Assembly: GCA_964106915.2 (NCBI GenBank)
Contig: OZ066916.1
Direction: 5' to 3' (one strand)
Source: Podarcis gaigeae
Taxonomy: Eukaryota
DNA: 64,000 bases
Shown here: positions 36,166-50,214 of the stretch, one piece after another
Numbering within the stretch: the stretch's first letter is position 1
Layout: every line of letters starts with the position of its first letter
Program-made: the position numbers and the translations under genes
The notes under the pieces: generated by a model
What the model saw: the letters and a program-made list of their open reading frames with translations, nothing else
The model's database searches: none
What the model was told of the DNA's origin: nothing

Positions 36166-36948
36166 GATCAGAGGGTTCCTTGCTCTTACATTAGAGCAAT
36201 TTTTGCAAAAATAAATAAATAGATAAGCCATGGGAGAATGGGTTCAGGGTAGTGGTACTGGGGCAGGAAGTCTATAGCCTTTTACCTTTGCATCCACCTC
36301 CTCCAAAATAGCCCCACTATAGAGAAAAGAAGAAGAAATGGACCAGCTTGGTGGTGATAGCAATTTGACACCTCCCTCCCCCCCAAAAAATGCCACGGGG
36401 AGAGAAGAACAATTGCTGTTGCAATCAAATCTGGACTCCCTGCCCCCTCTCCAGCTATTTTTTAGGTAAAAATGAAAATGTCAAGATATGGTTGATCAGT
36501 GGTTTTCTGCAGCTGTATAGATTTTGGCCCTTAGCTACAAGGCTGCTCCAGAACTACACAGGGTCCTATGTGTTCATAGGATCAGGGGGGAAAGTGAAAT
36601 AAAGGCATTCCCCAGACCATTAGGATTAAATCCATCTTTCTAGGAACTATGGTTCAAATCAAGAGTGTCATCCTCTGCATCACCTGTATCCATAAGTTTC
36701 CAAAAGCATGTTAGAAACCAAAAGGTGTTCTGATTAACATTAATGGTGGAAGCCCCTGTGTGTATAGGTACTTCAGTCTTTTCTATCTCCTTCCCCATGC
36801 AACATGCAATATGTTTTTTTTTTCAGTTACTAGTGACACTCGGCTGTTGCTTCAAAACTGGGGAGGGGGAACCAAGATAGAGGAGAAGGAAAAGTTGCTG
36901 GTTTCATTAGAACAATTTCTAGAGGACAGAATGTTGGGCAGCCACATG

Positions 36949-37124
36949 CAGCGCCAGATTACCAAATAGGCAGAGTAGACACCAGCCTTTTAGGGGCCCC
37001 GCGACAATGGATCAAAATAATATTGATTTGATCTTGTAAGAAAATTACAATCAAGCTTTCTTAGCTCAATGTGAGGGGGGACCCTAAGATTTCGACTTCC
37101 TCCACAGGGTTTAATCCGGCACTG
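36949..37124. mobile_element. hAT MITE
   Basis: TIR cagcgccagatta / taatccggcactg; perfect 8-bp TSD gccacatg. Confidence 0.88.
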
Positions 37125-37132
37125 GCCACATG

Positions 37133-37240
37133 AGTCTGATGCAGCGAAAACAAAGAATCTTGTGGTGCCTTTAAGACTAACAAATTTATTATACGGCACA
37201 AGATTTGATGGATTAGGCCCCACTTTGTCAGAAGCATCCT
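37133..37240. mobile_element. Penelope-like terminal-repeat fragment with decayed hammerhead motif
   Basis: aaaacaaagaatcttgtggtgcctttaagactaacaaatttatt; the minus strand reads ctgacaaagtgg...ccatcaaatctt. Confidence 0.65.
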
Positions 37241-38009
37241 TTAAATCTTCCTAACTGCTCTGTAGTGTAGATTGAAAATGTACTCTGAAAAGAGAGGGAG
37301 GGAGAGGTAGAGGGAGAGAGAAATCCCAGCTGATGGCTGTCTTGCTCTAACCCTTTCCAATCACAGGCTAGCAGTTAAAATAATCCTCACCTACTGGGCA
37401 TCTAGTGGAGTTGATCTACCTTTTCTGTTGGGAGGTTCATGTCCAGTCAAGCTTCATTAATCTGGTCCGAGCCCTGAACGATCACAAATATAACACCAAA
37501 CAGCTACACCTGTTTATCGAGTCAGTTCATTTCCCCCTCCCTGGCTCCACACTGAAAAGGAGCATTAATTAAAACAGTAAACAAACGAGCTCCTATTCTA
37601 AATCAGAGCTGCAGGCAACGGAGAGATAACTTAGACTCTTGAGAAGAGGGATTTCCAGTTAATTTATGGAATCGACTGTCATTCTCAGGGCAAGAAGGCT
37701 TTACTTAGTAGGGGAATTGAAGCAGACAGCCTGTGTCTAAACACTTCTTTTTCACAGAATATCTTCATTTCTCTCTCCCCCCCCCCAAACCTTCCTGTTT
37801 GAATTTTTAATCAGCTTGGCTTTGACTTTTCAATGGAGGAAGTAGCTCAGTTTTTGCCTGCTATGTCTAGCTCCTCACATTTTCTAGGATTGGAGTTGGT
37901 TGTGATCTACCACTAAATTGGCCCCATTTACCGTTGTGTGTGTAGCCACAAGGGGAAAAAAGAAGCCCCCCATTTGGGATTTCCTATGGGATAGTGAGGA
38001 TCACCTGTA

Positions 38010-38240
38010 CAGTGATACCTCGGGTTAAGAACTTAATTCGTTCTGGAGGTTTTTTCTTAACCTGAAACTGTTCTTAACCTGAGGTACCACTTTAGCTAAT
38101 GGGGCCTCCTACTGCCGCTGCGCGATTTCTGTTCTCATCCTGAAGCAAAGTTCTTAACCCGAGGTATTATTTCTGAGTTAGCGGAGTCTGTAACCTGAAG
38201 CATCTGTAACCTGAAGCGTCTGTAACCCGAGGTACCACTG
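38010..38240. mobile_element. Tigger-like MITE
   Basis: TIR cagtgatacctcggg / cccgaggtaccactg, TA TSD. Confidence 0.92.
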
Positions 38241-38479
38241 TATAACAAATAATAGTAGGATACAATTTTCAGATAATGAAAATTTTCAGATAATGCAGAT
38301 AATGGAGTCCGGGCATGTATCTTCTTCTGAGTCCACAGACACCTATTCCGATCCAGTAAGAGAGATCTGCAAAACTGTAGCTGTGCATTGAAACAACTAC
38401 ACTGGCTAATGGTCTGCTTCCAAACGTAATTCAAAAGTGGAGGTTAAGACCTTTTTAAGCCCTATATTCACTCATTCAT

Positions 38480-38590
38480 TCATTCATTTATCACATTTAT
38501 ATTGTGCCTTGCCTCCAAGGAGCCAAAGGCCACACTTTATCCTCATTAACAGCCCTGTGAGGTAGGTTAGGCAGAGAGAAAGTGCCACAC
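38480..38590 (-). mobile_element. degenerate CORE-SINE fragment
   Basis: tttatcctcattaacagccctgtgaggtaggttaggcagagaga. Confidence 0.6.
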
Positions 38591-40084
38591 TTGTGCAGTT
38601 CAACTTGTAAAAAAAATGAACAGGAAGATCTTTCGTTTCCAAAAGAAAGAGTCAATCTGATTGGGGGGCATAGATCTTAAGTAGCCCTCTCTGGGCCAGC
38701 TCACACACTTGCACCTGACCACACATTCGGCACACAATACAGTTGAAAGTGTCAATGGAGTCCATTGGAAAGCCTTGGGTCTGTGGTGTGATGTCTCCCT
38801 TACCTGTGCAAGCTAACACCTGGTTCAGCAATGAACATGCGGGGCTGGCCTGCCCATGAGCGGCAAAAGTCCTAGGCACCCCACTCACTGAAATCTCATG
38901 AGATCTTGCAGGCCACACAAGATCTCATAATATTCCAGCTCTGCCATGCCATGCAGGTAAGGGAGGCTGGCAGCATGGAGCAGTGGTGACAGCATGGTGG
39001 GGTTGTTTGTTTCATTTTACCTCAAGCAGTGAAACGGGACGTGGCACCTCCTGTGGACATACTTGGGTAAACCTCAGTTTCCCCATAGGTAAAGCTGGAA
39101 TAAAACTCCTTCTTCTGGAAAACAATGTTGTCTTTGTACTTAACCCCCTCCTGTGCATGGAAATTCAACCCCTAATTAGTGACTGATGCCTCAATCTTGA
39201 ATCGTTCTCCTATAAGGCTGTGAGAAGCTCTGCCTTATAGAAAGTATGAGCAAGGCCTACAGCAGGCAGGTGAAATATTAAAGGAATATTTGGCCTAGAA
39301 TTGAATTGCTACCGTCAAGCACGATGTCAGTCTTCTTCACTCCGAGACTGTTTCTCAACTCAGATTTCTGTTGGGACTCTCTAACTTAGGTAATTAATAT
39401 ATTAGATGGATGTTTTATTTTTATTTCAGGCTGGGGTTTAGAATTCTTCGATTTGCAGTATCACAACCAAATTGTAGTTTTCAAAAAAATTATAGACAGT
39501 CCCAAGGCAGAAAAACAAATTTCCTCTCTGAATCTTTGTCACTTCATCCTCCTTGAGAGAACGGGGAACGTCTGGTACATATTTCAAATCATCCTGCTTT
39601 ACTTGTGGCGTATCCAGTAATCATGTTGACAAATTAATGGTAGAGAATTAGTTGTACATTAAAGATTGAAACTGTATTATGCGGTACATTGTCATAAAGA
39701 GATATAAAACAATAGGAAAATAAATGTAAATGAATTCAGGCTGGTGACATGTAAAACGCTTAGACTGACATCTGTACACTTAACAACTTCCAGAGCTCTG
39801 CTTTATTACACATAAAGTAAGAGTGAGGTATAAGAAGGGTTGGGGAAAGTCATCCTTTGCTCAGATCTACAAAAGCATTGGAATTCATGTTTTTTCCAAG
39901 AGAGGCAGTAAGTCCAATGGAAACCTGCCCAATCCCATGTGCTGTTATGGTTACTGCAGTGCAAACAGATATTTGTCCTGCAATGGCTGAAGTGGGATTT
40001 CATTGACGGGCTGGTATGCAAAGGCAAGCCACCACAAATACCCCCTGCTCCTTTGTTGCACTGATTTGTAATGCAAAAAGGAGC

Positions 40085-40330
40085 CTAGGAAGAGGGCCTT
40101 TTCAGTTGTGGCTCCCTATTTGCATGGGCATAGCTGGGGGGGCAGGGGGCAGCTGCCCCCCAAATCAATAAAAATACTTAACTAACTTAGGTTCTGCCTC
40201 CCTAACAAAATTCCTGGCTACTCCCTTGCCCATTTGTGGAATGCTCTCCCAGGGGAGGTCCACCTGGTACCTGTACTAACATCTTTTTGGTGTCAGGTAA
40301 AAATATACCTCCCCCGCTCTGGGCTTTTGA
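40085..40330 (+). mobile_element. L2 3' fragment interrupted by a MITE
   Basis: agagggccttttcagttgtggctccc | tttgtggaatgctctccc (RAFSVVAPxLWNALP). Confidence 0.7.
40123..40228. mobile_element. short hAT MITE
   Basis: TIR catgggcatagc / gctactcccttg; TSD cctatttg/cccatttg. Confidence 0.8.
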
Positions 40331-40701
40331 TGGACTACGTTGATGTTGTTCACTTTTAGTTGTGCTGCCGGCGCTTTCTGCTGCTGTTATTGGGGTTTGC
40401 TTCCGGTGTTGTCTTTTACAAATTGCAAGTATTTTTGTGCAAATGTGTTTTTCTTATACTCCATCTTTACTTATGCCAAAGGGCAAGTCAGGAGTCAGAA
40501 CTGTGCAGCAAGTCATAAACCGTAAGATAAAACAGGAGGCAGAACCAACTAATATCCAAGGGTACCAAACACACTGATAAGGTCAAGCAAGTGAAACAGG
40601 AAGTCCTTATATTCTTTCCTGCCCAGGAAGATCCCATGAGCCACCTTGGGTATGGTAGTCGGTTACGAGCCTAAAGGTTCTTGCAAGTGAAGTGATTCAC
40701 T

Positions 40702-40828
40702 CAGTGCTTTTTTCCTAAAAAAATATTTAGGGGTACATCTCATTGAAATACTGCCCCTCAATGAGGCCAAACTTAAAATGTTTAGGGGTATGCATACACC
40801 TGTGTTCCCCCAGGGAAAAAAAGCACTG
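40702..40828. mobile_element. short hAT MITE
   Basis: TIR cagtgctttttt / aaaaaagcactg; TSD gattcact/gattcacc. Confidence 0.85.
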
Positions 40829-41190
40829 GATTCACCACTCGGTGCAGTCTCAGATAGACCCCACAGACCCTGACAACATCAGAGCTCTAGTTTATCAAGA
40901 AGGATACTAATTGTTTTGATATCCCGCCCATGAGTGAGTGATGGATGAGCATTTCTATATAAAGTAACTGTAGGGTCGTCATCACGTTAGATTCAATGAG
41001 CAGTCAGTTAGTGTACAAACCAGTTGAGCTATATAAATCAGCCGGAGTACACTTTTTCACACTATACACTTCCACATGTGTGGAGATGACTTGTACTTAC
41101 GTTGAGTGTAATGGGTGAACAAGTATTTTTAATAAAGCCAGTTTCAAACAATGAATCATATGCCGGCATGACTAAAAAATAAAACACAAC

Positions 41191-41410
41191 GCTGTATAGT
41201 GGTTAGAGCCCCAGAGTAGGATCAGGGAGGTTTGTGCCAAACCACTCAAAGCATGAAGTTCACTGGACGACTTTGGTCTAGTCGTTGTTGTTTTTCAGCC
41301 TTGCCTACCTCAGACGGCTGTTGTGAAGATTGCAAGGGAGAGAAAAAGAACCATTACACCAGTGCCAGAGTTCCTTGGGGGAAATGGCAGGGCAAAAAAT
41401 ATATAATAAA
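41191..41410 (+). mobile_element. degenerate CORE-SINE
   Basis: gtatagtggttagagc...tcagccttgcctacctcagacggctgttgtgaagat. Confidence 0.6.
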
Positions 41411-41493
41411 TGTAATACATGTTGGATCAGCAGCACAGTGTCGCAGTGTGGGTTGCTTACTGTTTAAACACACCATTCATTCTCTGTCCTGGT

Positions 41494-41885
41494 ATTATTA
41501 TTATTATTATTATTAATTTGTATACAACCCTATACCCACAGGTCTCAGGGCGGTTACAACATAAAATCAGAATATAAAAACACAAAATACATAATCAAAA
41601 CAAAAACAACCCCCTCCCCCAACACATTTTAAAAGGGCATTGGATGTCAATCAGGCCAAGGCCTGGTTAAAGAGGAACATTTTTGCTTGGTGCCTAAAGG
41701 TGTATAAAGAAGGCGCCAGGCGAACCTCCCTGGGGAGAGCTTTCCACAGATGGGGAGCCACTGAAGAGAAGGCCCATTCTTGTGTTGCCACCCTTTGGAC
41801 CTCTCGTGGAGGAGGCACATGAAGAAGGGCCTCAGAAGATGATCTCAGGGTGCAGGTAGATTCATAAGGAAAGAGACGGTCCTTT
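41494..41885 (-). mobile_element. L2 3' fragment with (TAT)n tail (second L2 family)
   Basis: minus strand RMGLLFSGSPSVESSP-like / RAFSVAAPxLWxxLP region; UTR tacccacaggtctcagggcggttacaac. Confidence 0.8.
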
Positions 41886-44800
41886 TCTTCTTCTCTCTGC
41901 AGCCAGTCAGCATTCCACAGTCACTAAGCACACTTTGTCCTTACTGGGCTGTTTTAGGGGTTCCCAGCTAAATTCGATCGCAACACCAAGGGCTGGTATT
42001 CAATGCTAGTCCAGCCTGGAGTAGACCTATTGATATTAGTGCACATGGTTCATTTTTTTCAGCGAGTCTACTCTAAAGCAGGACTTGGCTGAATATAACC
42101 TCAGCAATCCACGCCGTGGTAACTTCTGAGAGGACTGTATGAAAAGATTTTTGGGTCCGTTCCCCCCTTGCAACTGCTCTCAAATCAATCTCTCTTCTTA
42201 AAAAAATGTATTAAGAAGCAGGCTGGGGAGGATTCGGCGCTACCCCACCCGCCTCGCTCTCATAAATACCAAAGTGAGATTGCTTCCAGGGCCACCAGCC
42301 CTTCGACTTTCAAGTAGGGAGTGGACACTACTGTGCCGGCTAATTATAAGGATTCAGTTTCCTGGTATGAAGGAATGTGCTACCTGCAGCAAAGGATGCA
42401 TGAGCGATCAGGAACCAGAGAGGGACGGGGAGGAGGAAGCCGAGCTGAATGCCACATAGAACTGAAGCCGTAGCCCCAGGTTTATACCCACAATCCTGGC
42501 CCCTGCCGGGAGACTAATCACTTGGCCATTCTCATTTGCTGTTGTCCAATCAATTCCTGAATGGCAAAACTTCACAATGCGGAGTATGAATTAGAAGGGA
42601 GGGGTGGGGGGTGGGATGGTGGAAATAAATGTGGGTGCAGAAGGGTTTTTTGTGGTGGTTGGGTTTTTTCCCCCCTTCTTTTTTGCAACAATACCAAACT
42701 GAGCCTTTGAGAGAGGACAACAGACGGACAAAGGCACGGCGGAAATAGGAGTAACTTTTGGAGGCCCTCATAGCTCTTGTCAATAAGAGTTAGTGCCATA
42801 ATGGTAGCATTGGCCCCTCTATTGTATTGCAGAACCGTTGTTTGTAAGCTGTTTTATTTTATTTTTGAAAAATAAAGCCATAAAATGGAACATTTTCTTC
42901 TTGCCTTTGTCTGGAAAATACTGAATTGGACCAAATGTCCTCCTTGTGTGTTTGCTGGATGGTTATTTTTTATGTATATATAATCATTTACAACCTGCAT
43001 GAAGAACTTACATTTCACCTTCCCTCCCCTCTCTGAAGAATAGGAAAGCATACTGAGCCAGACAGATGTCAGGCCCCTGTTTTAAAATTTAGCTTTGTTT
43101 ACCCAACAGAATGGAATTCATTACGATGCAAAAATGGCTCAATTTTGTGACCTCTTTTTTTTCATAATCCAAAGTGTCGACAATATCAAAAAGCTCATTT
43201 GAAGGTCACAGGTTTATGTATCTATTCTCTTAAGTGTTTCAGAAAATTTATATGGAGAATGCCTAAAGTGGAATATGTGCAAACATAGTCTTCATTGTTT
43301 ACCCTAACCTTGCCATTATTATCAGATAGACAGTGTGTAGGAAAAAAGCATTAAAAGCTATTATGAGCAATGGAATTTCCCTCCCTTTTCTTACCAGAAG
43401 ACTTTTCATTTTAGCCCCTGATCTGAAAAGGTCACTTTTTCATTCTTTGCACTTGGTTCTTTTTATAACTTCTATATTTCAAGCATGGGGAGGGAAAAAA
43501 ATCTTTGGTTAAACTATTTTTCATCCCTGCAAGTAGTAATTCATTTTATTGCATCTGGATGTTTTACATGTAGTTCCAGTCGGCATTTTGATGACATCGG
43601 CAGCTATAAAAGCCGAAAGCAAGGTGGGGTGTTTGTTTGTTTTAAAACCAGGTGCCCCCCGCCCTGCTTGAATAATTTAAAATTGGCAGAATTAATAAAT
43701 CGTGAACTTCTGCCTAATCTGAAGATGTGAAATGATTTAATTTTGTTATATATAGTGGCATATGGTTTGACAGGCCAGCTAATATTTAACTGTTACTTAA
43801 TTCCTCCAGTTCTCTGCCTTTTGTTAAAGGAACTTTCCTGGCTGGATCTTGTTGCTCCGGTCCATGCTAATTGCAGCTTGCATTATATTACAAATGGCTT
43901 TGTAAAGAAAACTATACCGTAAACCTGGAAAGTTGCATGTTTCTATTTGCACAAACTTGATGCACTTATTTTGAGAGGGTCATTGCAAAGGGAAGCTGTA
44001 TAGGCCGTAAGAATGTCCCGTATAATAAGCTTAAACAGAACCTTTTGTCAAGCCCAGTATTCTCAGGCCTGAAAATTAGGCCTCCTTTTCCTAACTGCAA
44101 GCTGAAGTGGTTCATTACTGCGGCTTCCTTCGCCGGGCCTTGGCCCAGCCAATCCCCCCCAGTACTCAAGGTCTGTAACTTCCTTAAAAAGGAAGAAGGA
44201 AAACAGGCTACACAAAGGTCTTGTTAGCACTTCCTATGCGAAATTAGCAGCTTTCTAAAAGGTACAACTCCAATTACCTCACATAGTGGGGACGCACACA
44301 AACCCAACAAAGACTCCAGTCTTGCAAGTGACATTCTGTCTTTCTAGAGTTACTTCCCTAATTAGGAGTGAAGAAGGCCTATTCTAGTGAGTGCATCTAT
44401 TTACAGTGGGGCACAATGCTTTAACTTGAGCGTCTTTCTGAAAGACCAGTGTTAAAAAACACAAGTGCTCTTTTGGCAAAGCTGTCTATGGAGAAGCACC
44501 ACATTCCTAACGGTTACACCCTCTACAGAAAAAAAGAGAGAGAGATTGAGAGAGAGGGAGAGGGAGAGGGGAAAAAAAAGTGTAGGTCCTTCTACCATCA
44601 AACCCGCCCCACCACCGGTATTGTTCACACTTCAAGATTCGTTTTAGACAATAAAGCTTCTGCCCAGTGAGCGCTGGGAATTACAGTGGACAATGGAGGA
44701 GGCATTCTTAAGAGTGTCTAATGATGGGGGGGAAAAGAAAAATATTTATTGCTTTTGACAGTTTCACAAGGGGCAAAAATCCTTGTCATGGTTTAAAGTT

Positions 44801-45404
44801 TCCACAGCTGTTTGGAGGGGAGGGTGGCGCCTACGGACTGGAAACAGTTCGACGTCTTTGTTTAGCAGGCCAAGCGCAAAAGGGGCCAAGCTGTGAAATT
44901 AAAGATGTAAGTTCATTAAGGTAAGAGAAATTGCGCCAGCGTGGTTGTTGGTACAGGTGTAAGCTGCGGGTCAAGATGGCCCCAACCTATTTGCATATTG
45001 CTTGCTTGACATGGGAAGATACCTTTTTCTGAATCCATGTGTAGAGATATATATAGAGAAAGGCTTTATTTCTATATTTATATGTTTATATATATTTATT
45101 TAGCTCCCTCTTTTTTTCTATAGGCCCCTTTTCACTATAAAGGGCCTCAAAGAGGTTTACAAAACAAGCAACAGAATAAACACATGAGCCAAATAAGTAG
45201 GCATTTAAAACAGATATAGATACAGATATAGATAGGCACTTGTACCTTGGCAGATAGTGGTCTACATGCCATCCACTTTCACATTCTCGTTGAGAAATAA
45301 AGCAAGTTTGTCCTTGCTTCCAAATGCAACACATCTGCATTTGTTCAGGAACACATCCATCCACCCATCATTCTTTTCCACCTCTGTTGCCTTTCCCATA
45401 GCCT

Positions 45405-45505
45405 AATTTAGATTGTAAGCGCCTTGTGGGAAGAGACCTGCCTATTATTTATTTGGCGTGTAAAAACTCTGTAAAAGCATCACATAGTTGCTTAAATAAT
45501 TAATA
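45405..45505 (+). mobile_element. ancient L2-type 3' end
   Basis: ttagattgtaagcgccttgtgggaagagacc ... gttgcttaaataat resembles the conserved L2 3' terminus. Confidence 0.55.
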
Positions 45506-48500
45506 GTGTTGTTGAAGACAATTAGGAAACAGACCCATTTGCACAGATGGGTTATCTATCTGTCTATTTGTGTCTATATGTCTTTCAGTGTATTTGTCTG
45601 TCTGTCTCTCTGTCAGTATCTATCATTTCCCCCACATGGTTTTATCACAGATTTTGACGGTGACACTTCCTTTGCTCTCTTATCTCTCATTAAAAGTTGT
45701 TTTGAAAATCCATGGTTCTTGCTGCAAATGAACCCAGATTATTAACATTTATTCCATGTGGGGCTTTGTTTTGTTTTGTTTTACCTCAGAAGACTGCAGC
45801 TTGTTAAGAGGAAGGTTGTTAAATTGTTCTGTTCTTCTCCACAAGGCTCATAGCAAGTGAAATTTTCTTTAAAAATTAATTTCAGAAAGGAAAGTGATCA
45901 CGCTCTGTAGCTGCAATGCTGCTGTAATGTTCATGCTGCCTATATGATCCATACCCAGGAGATAAAAGTAAAATCTGTGCCTAAACTCATCCAAATGGAA
46001 GGAACTGACAGCAAAGTCTCAAAGCATGCTTTTAAAAAGTAAGTCTCATTGAAACACAGAGTTGTGTTTGATTCTGAGGCTATAGATCACTTGCATGTGA
46101 TGATGTCAGTGTGATATTTAATGTGCAATTAGGCTGTAAAGTTAATTTTAATGCTCGTTTTCAAATAAGACAAGTAAGTCATTATCATTACATTTTGAGA
46201 GCTTTAGGTTGTAATCCTAAAAACACTTAACACAAAGTAAACCCCACGGATACAGCGGAACTTGCTTTTTTTTGTAAACATGCAGAGAATTGATTGTGCT
46301 ACATGTTTCATTTCTGGATAGAGAGAGAGAGGGAGCGCATCATGGATGCAGAACTGAGAGAGTATCTAATTTCATCATTTTGCGAAGCAGTGGTTTAGAT
46401 AAATGACCTTTTGCACACAATTGTTTTGCAGAGGTCAATTTTTAAACTATTGTTCAGTTTTGTACCTGAGAAGAGAGTGCAGTTTAAAGCTGATGGGCTA
46501 CTTTTCTGCAATTGCACCCATATTGTGATGCTGCATCGCCCTTGATAGAAAGAAACGTCTGTCTTGAGACAGTGGCATAGCCTGCTTGGAACACTAATGT
46601 CCACATATCTATCTGCCGTTCTCTCATTCAATTTTTAGCGCGTGTGAGAAGCTTTTAAAAGGCAGACTTTTCTATAGCAAGGCTTCCTGATTCAGGCATT
46701 CTGCCTCTGTTTCGAAGCCAGGTCTGTTTTGGATAAGTGCTTCATTGTCTCTCATTCTGTCTTGGGCAGAATATTGAAATATTTATCTTGGATTGGGGGT
46801 CTAATTCTGCTCAGCAGACATCAGTCAAAAGTGTTCCATTGACTTTGGGTTGCAAGTTGATCTGTCCTGGGTTTTCTCCCCATTTATTTCTCTTGAGCAA
46901 GATGCCTTAGGAAAAAAAGGTGGATAATCTTCAGGAAGTGGGGAACAACAGCCTTGCTAATGCACAGGAGAATCTGCTGTTATCAAAGAGTGGTTTTTCT
47001 TCTTCTTCTTTTTGCTCAGACACAAAATAATTATTCTCTTTCCCCCCTCCCCATCCTTCCCCCCCCCCCTTTGGCAACAAACAAGCAGAGAAGCTGATGT
47101 CTTTGCATAAGAGAACTGCAGCAGCGACTTGCAACCCTACCAGTCAATTTTTTAAAAGGTAGGCTTAACACTCTCTTTTTCATGTGTGAATAATGGATTC
47201 TGTTTTGCTACATAAAGAATTATTTGAAATGGTGCAGCCGAGTTAAAACATACATCCGTTTAAAACCAATTTAGCATTTGCATTCAGAGATATTTCAGAT
47301 GCCCCATGTTTTATGCAGCTTTCCACTCCTTTTAGCAAAAGGTGAGCTCTCCAAATGATAATTTGGTGTATTTGAAAACATGCCCGTAGAATGGTGTGAG
47401 TCTCTTTATTGAGTTATTAACATTTCATATCTGTCCATATTGCTAGCACTTTCTTTCATGCTTTAACTATTTAACCGATCTGTTCTATTTTAAAATGTAC
47501 AGCAGTGCTCAGAAGCATTAAATATCAGTTATTGTCAAAGGTTTGTGTTTGTATTTTGTTTCATTAAAAAAACAAACAACATGGAGATGCACCTTTTACT
47601 AACAACTGCAGTCAAATAAATTACTAAGACCACCAAAATGTAACACACCAAATACTAATCACAAGTTTGCAGTAAAGAACACTACAAGTGGAAGTATCAC
47701 AATACAGTACACTGTATTTGCAACTTGTAAAAAAAGCATAATCTGATGAGAGAGAATTTGCAATAAAGGAACTCTTATTACACAAATATATATTTATTCA
47801 AGAAAGAGAATATTGTTTACCTTGAAGTGTGTGCTTTTTATCCAGTATTAATTTACCCAGAAAAAGAGGAAAAATATATTTCCAAATGTATCAGAATGTT
47901 GAAGATGTTGCTATCAGTTATTCACCTAGCTGATATATAAATATAGGCTATTACTGCTTAGATGTAATTCCAAGTATAAGCTCAGCCCTGTGATGCTACC
48001 TATATTTTAATATTTCTATTCAAGCAGATGTAAAAAATGACATTGAATGGGTAGACATATGCCCATGGACAACACAATATTTACAGATTCAGAGAATCTC
48101 ACCCCATATAATTTTAGAAATATGTGCTGGTGTAGCTAAAATGGATAATTTTTGACAAACATCCCATTCTTAAAAAATATGTACCTGGAAGTAAGATTCC
48201 ATTAATTTCAACTGAATTTAGGATCACAACCAAGGTAGTGTTTTAGAAATGCCTAAAAGTAGCCATTTCAAATACTCTTACATAATTGTATTAGACTTTT
48301 TAACAATATCATAATTCTTAATAAATTGTTATTTCCTAACAAACTTTAGGCTGGGTTTTTAAAAGTAACACCCATTTTCCCCCTGTCAATGTTGTTAACA
48401 TAAAAACATTAATTTTATTTGCTCAAAAACTATAAGGTTTCTTTTTTACAATTGATGGAATTCAGTCTGAAACAATTTTTAAAAAAATTGTTCCCTTGGG

Positions 48501-49657
48501 AAAATATATCAAACTTACAGACCAGTCCTAGAAGGAAAAACCACTTTGTCTATGACACTTACTTCCAAGTAAGTGTGCAGAGAAAAGAAGTGCCCATTTC
48601 TGATTTCTTCTAAGTATACAATTAATTCAAATGCAGTCACTAGGAGGGTGTATTTGCAGTGGATATTTGGTTTGGGGTATATAACTGAATGGCTGGGAAA
48701 AACTTTTAAAATGCTAAATTATCACCGCTTTGCATATATGTATATATTTGTGTGTGTGTGTGGAAAATACTCTCATTAAAGAGGTGGACCACGAATCTGA
48801 AGAAAGTGTATGAAGTGTAGCATGCAAAACTAAAATGCACTTTCCAGGTAAATAAAATTGGAAAATGTGCTTACAAATTCTGCTGTGCTGCATTTTTTCT
48901 CCTGCCCTCTGCAGTTCTGAATTTCTTCTGCTCCTATTCTGAGGATTAGCAATTTAAGTTATGTATTAAACATATCTGGCAAGCTCAATCTAAGAGTCAT
49001 TATACATGTTTTAATAGCAAAAAATGTGTCATTGCCAGACACAATTTTAATATTTCAAGATATGCTTCTTTCCCTTAATAGCCTGATTAGCAAATTTACT
49101 TGGAAGGGTAGTTTTAAGATGCATATTGTGGCCGGCAAAATAAATATCCAAGATACTTCCCCCCCCCCCCACCCCTTTTTTTAAAAAAGGTTTTTTATGC
49201 TTAAACAAATTTCTGCAAATCAGTGTGTATTTATTTATTTATTTATTTAATTAAAGTCTTTGCTAAGAATATGTACAAAAACTTTGCAATGTACACTATA
49301 TTTCCAGTCCCTAATTTGAAGGCCCTGGATAGATTATTAGGCCTTGATCCATGAAAAACATATGCACTTATCATAAGTCATGGCATGCTGGCATGGTCTT
49401 GAATATTTGAAAAAAGAAAATAGATATATTTGCTTTTCCATAAGTAAATAAGGCATTTCCATCGTGAGCAAGATAACTGTGATGTCTTTGTGGTTTGGTG
49501 TTGTGCCACACCTAAGAATTATTGTTGTTGTTTTTTTTACATGCCAGCTTCAAAAGATCCCTTCCCTTGATCCCTTCCCTTGACCTGGGAAGTCACAACA
49601 GGGATCTGTCTATCTGTTCAACATCCCCGCAGCTCTGAAAGATGTCATAGGTTAGAC

Positions 49658-49794
49658 CAGGAATGGGAAACTGTTGATCCTCATGTGCTGTTGGACTCCA
49701 ACTCCCATCAGCCTCATGAAGCATGGCCAATGGTTAGGGATAACAGGCGTTGTAGTCCAATAACATCTGGCAGTCATAAATTCCCCCATCCCTA
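49658..49794. mobile_element. short hAT-type MITE
   Basis: caggaatgggaaa ... ttcccccatcccta; TSD ggttagac/aattagac; internal ggactccaactcccatc/gttgtagtcca inverted repeat. Confidence 0.7.
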
Positions 49795-50214
49795 AATTAG
49801 ACCTAAACATTACTGCTAAAAATGGCCCCTTCGTGTTGACGTCACCTCCAAAAATGTAGTCAATGCATAGTATCTGATGGCTTTACGTTGTCTATTTCCC
49901 TGCCCAACCAATGTGGATGAGGAAACTCACATGATGGTGAAGCTGTGTCATGGAGATGTATGGCAGAATAGAGAGGGAGAATATGGAGGTTGCTTTTTTC
50001 ACCAGCATCACACTAGTGCATGCAATCTGTCTTTCTGGGTACATCAGTGGTCTCAGCTTTATCACTGTCAACACCCACCTTGATCTAGTATAAGGTGAAA
50101 TTGGATTCCTGGTGGCTCTAGCTCACAGGTGTGGAAGATGAGTGGTAGAAAAGTCATGTTGCAACTTGCATGGCTACGAGGTTGTTAGAGAGACAGGATG
50201 GTTCTTTGGGTCTG

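Noticed and set aside
43033-43057. Hammerhead-like CTGAAGA..GAAA motif
   Set aside because: No stem I or stem II pairing and no Penelope context; likely chance
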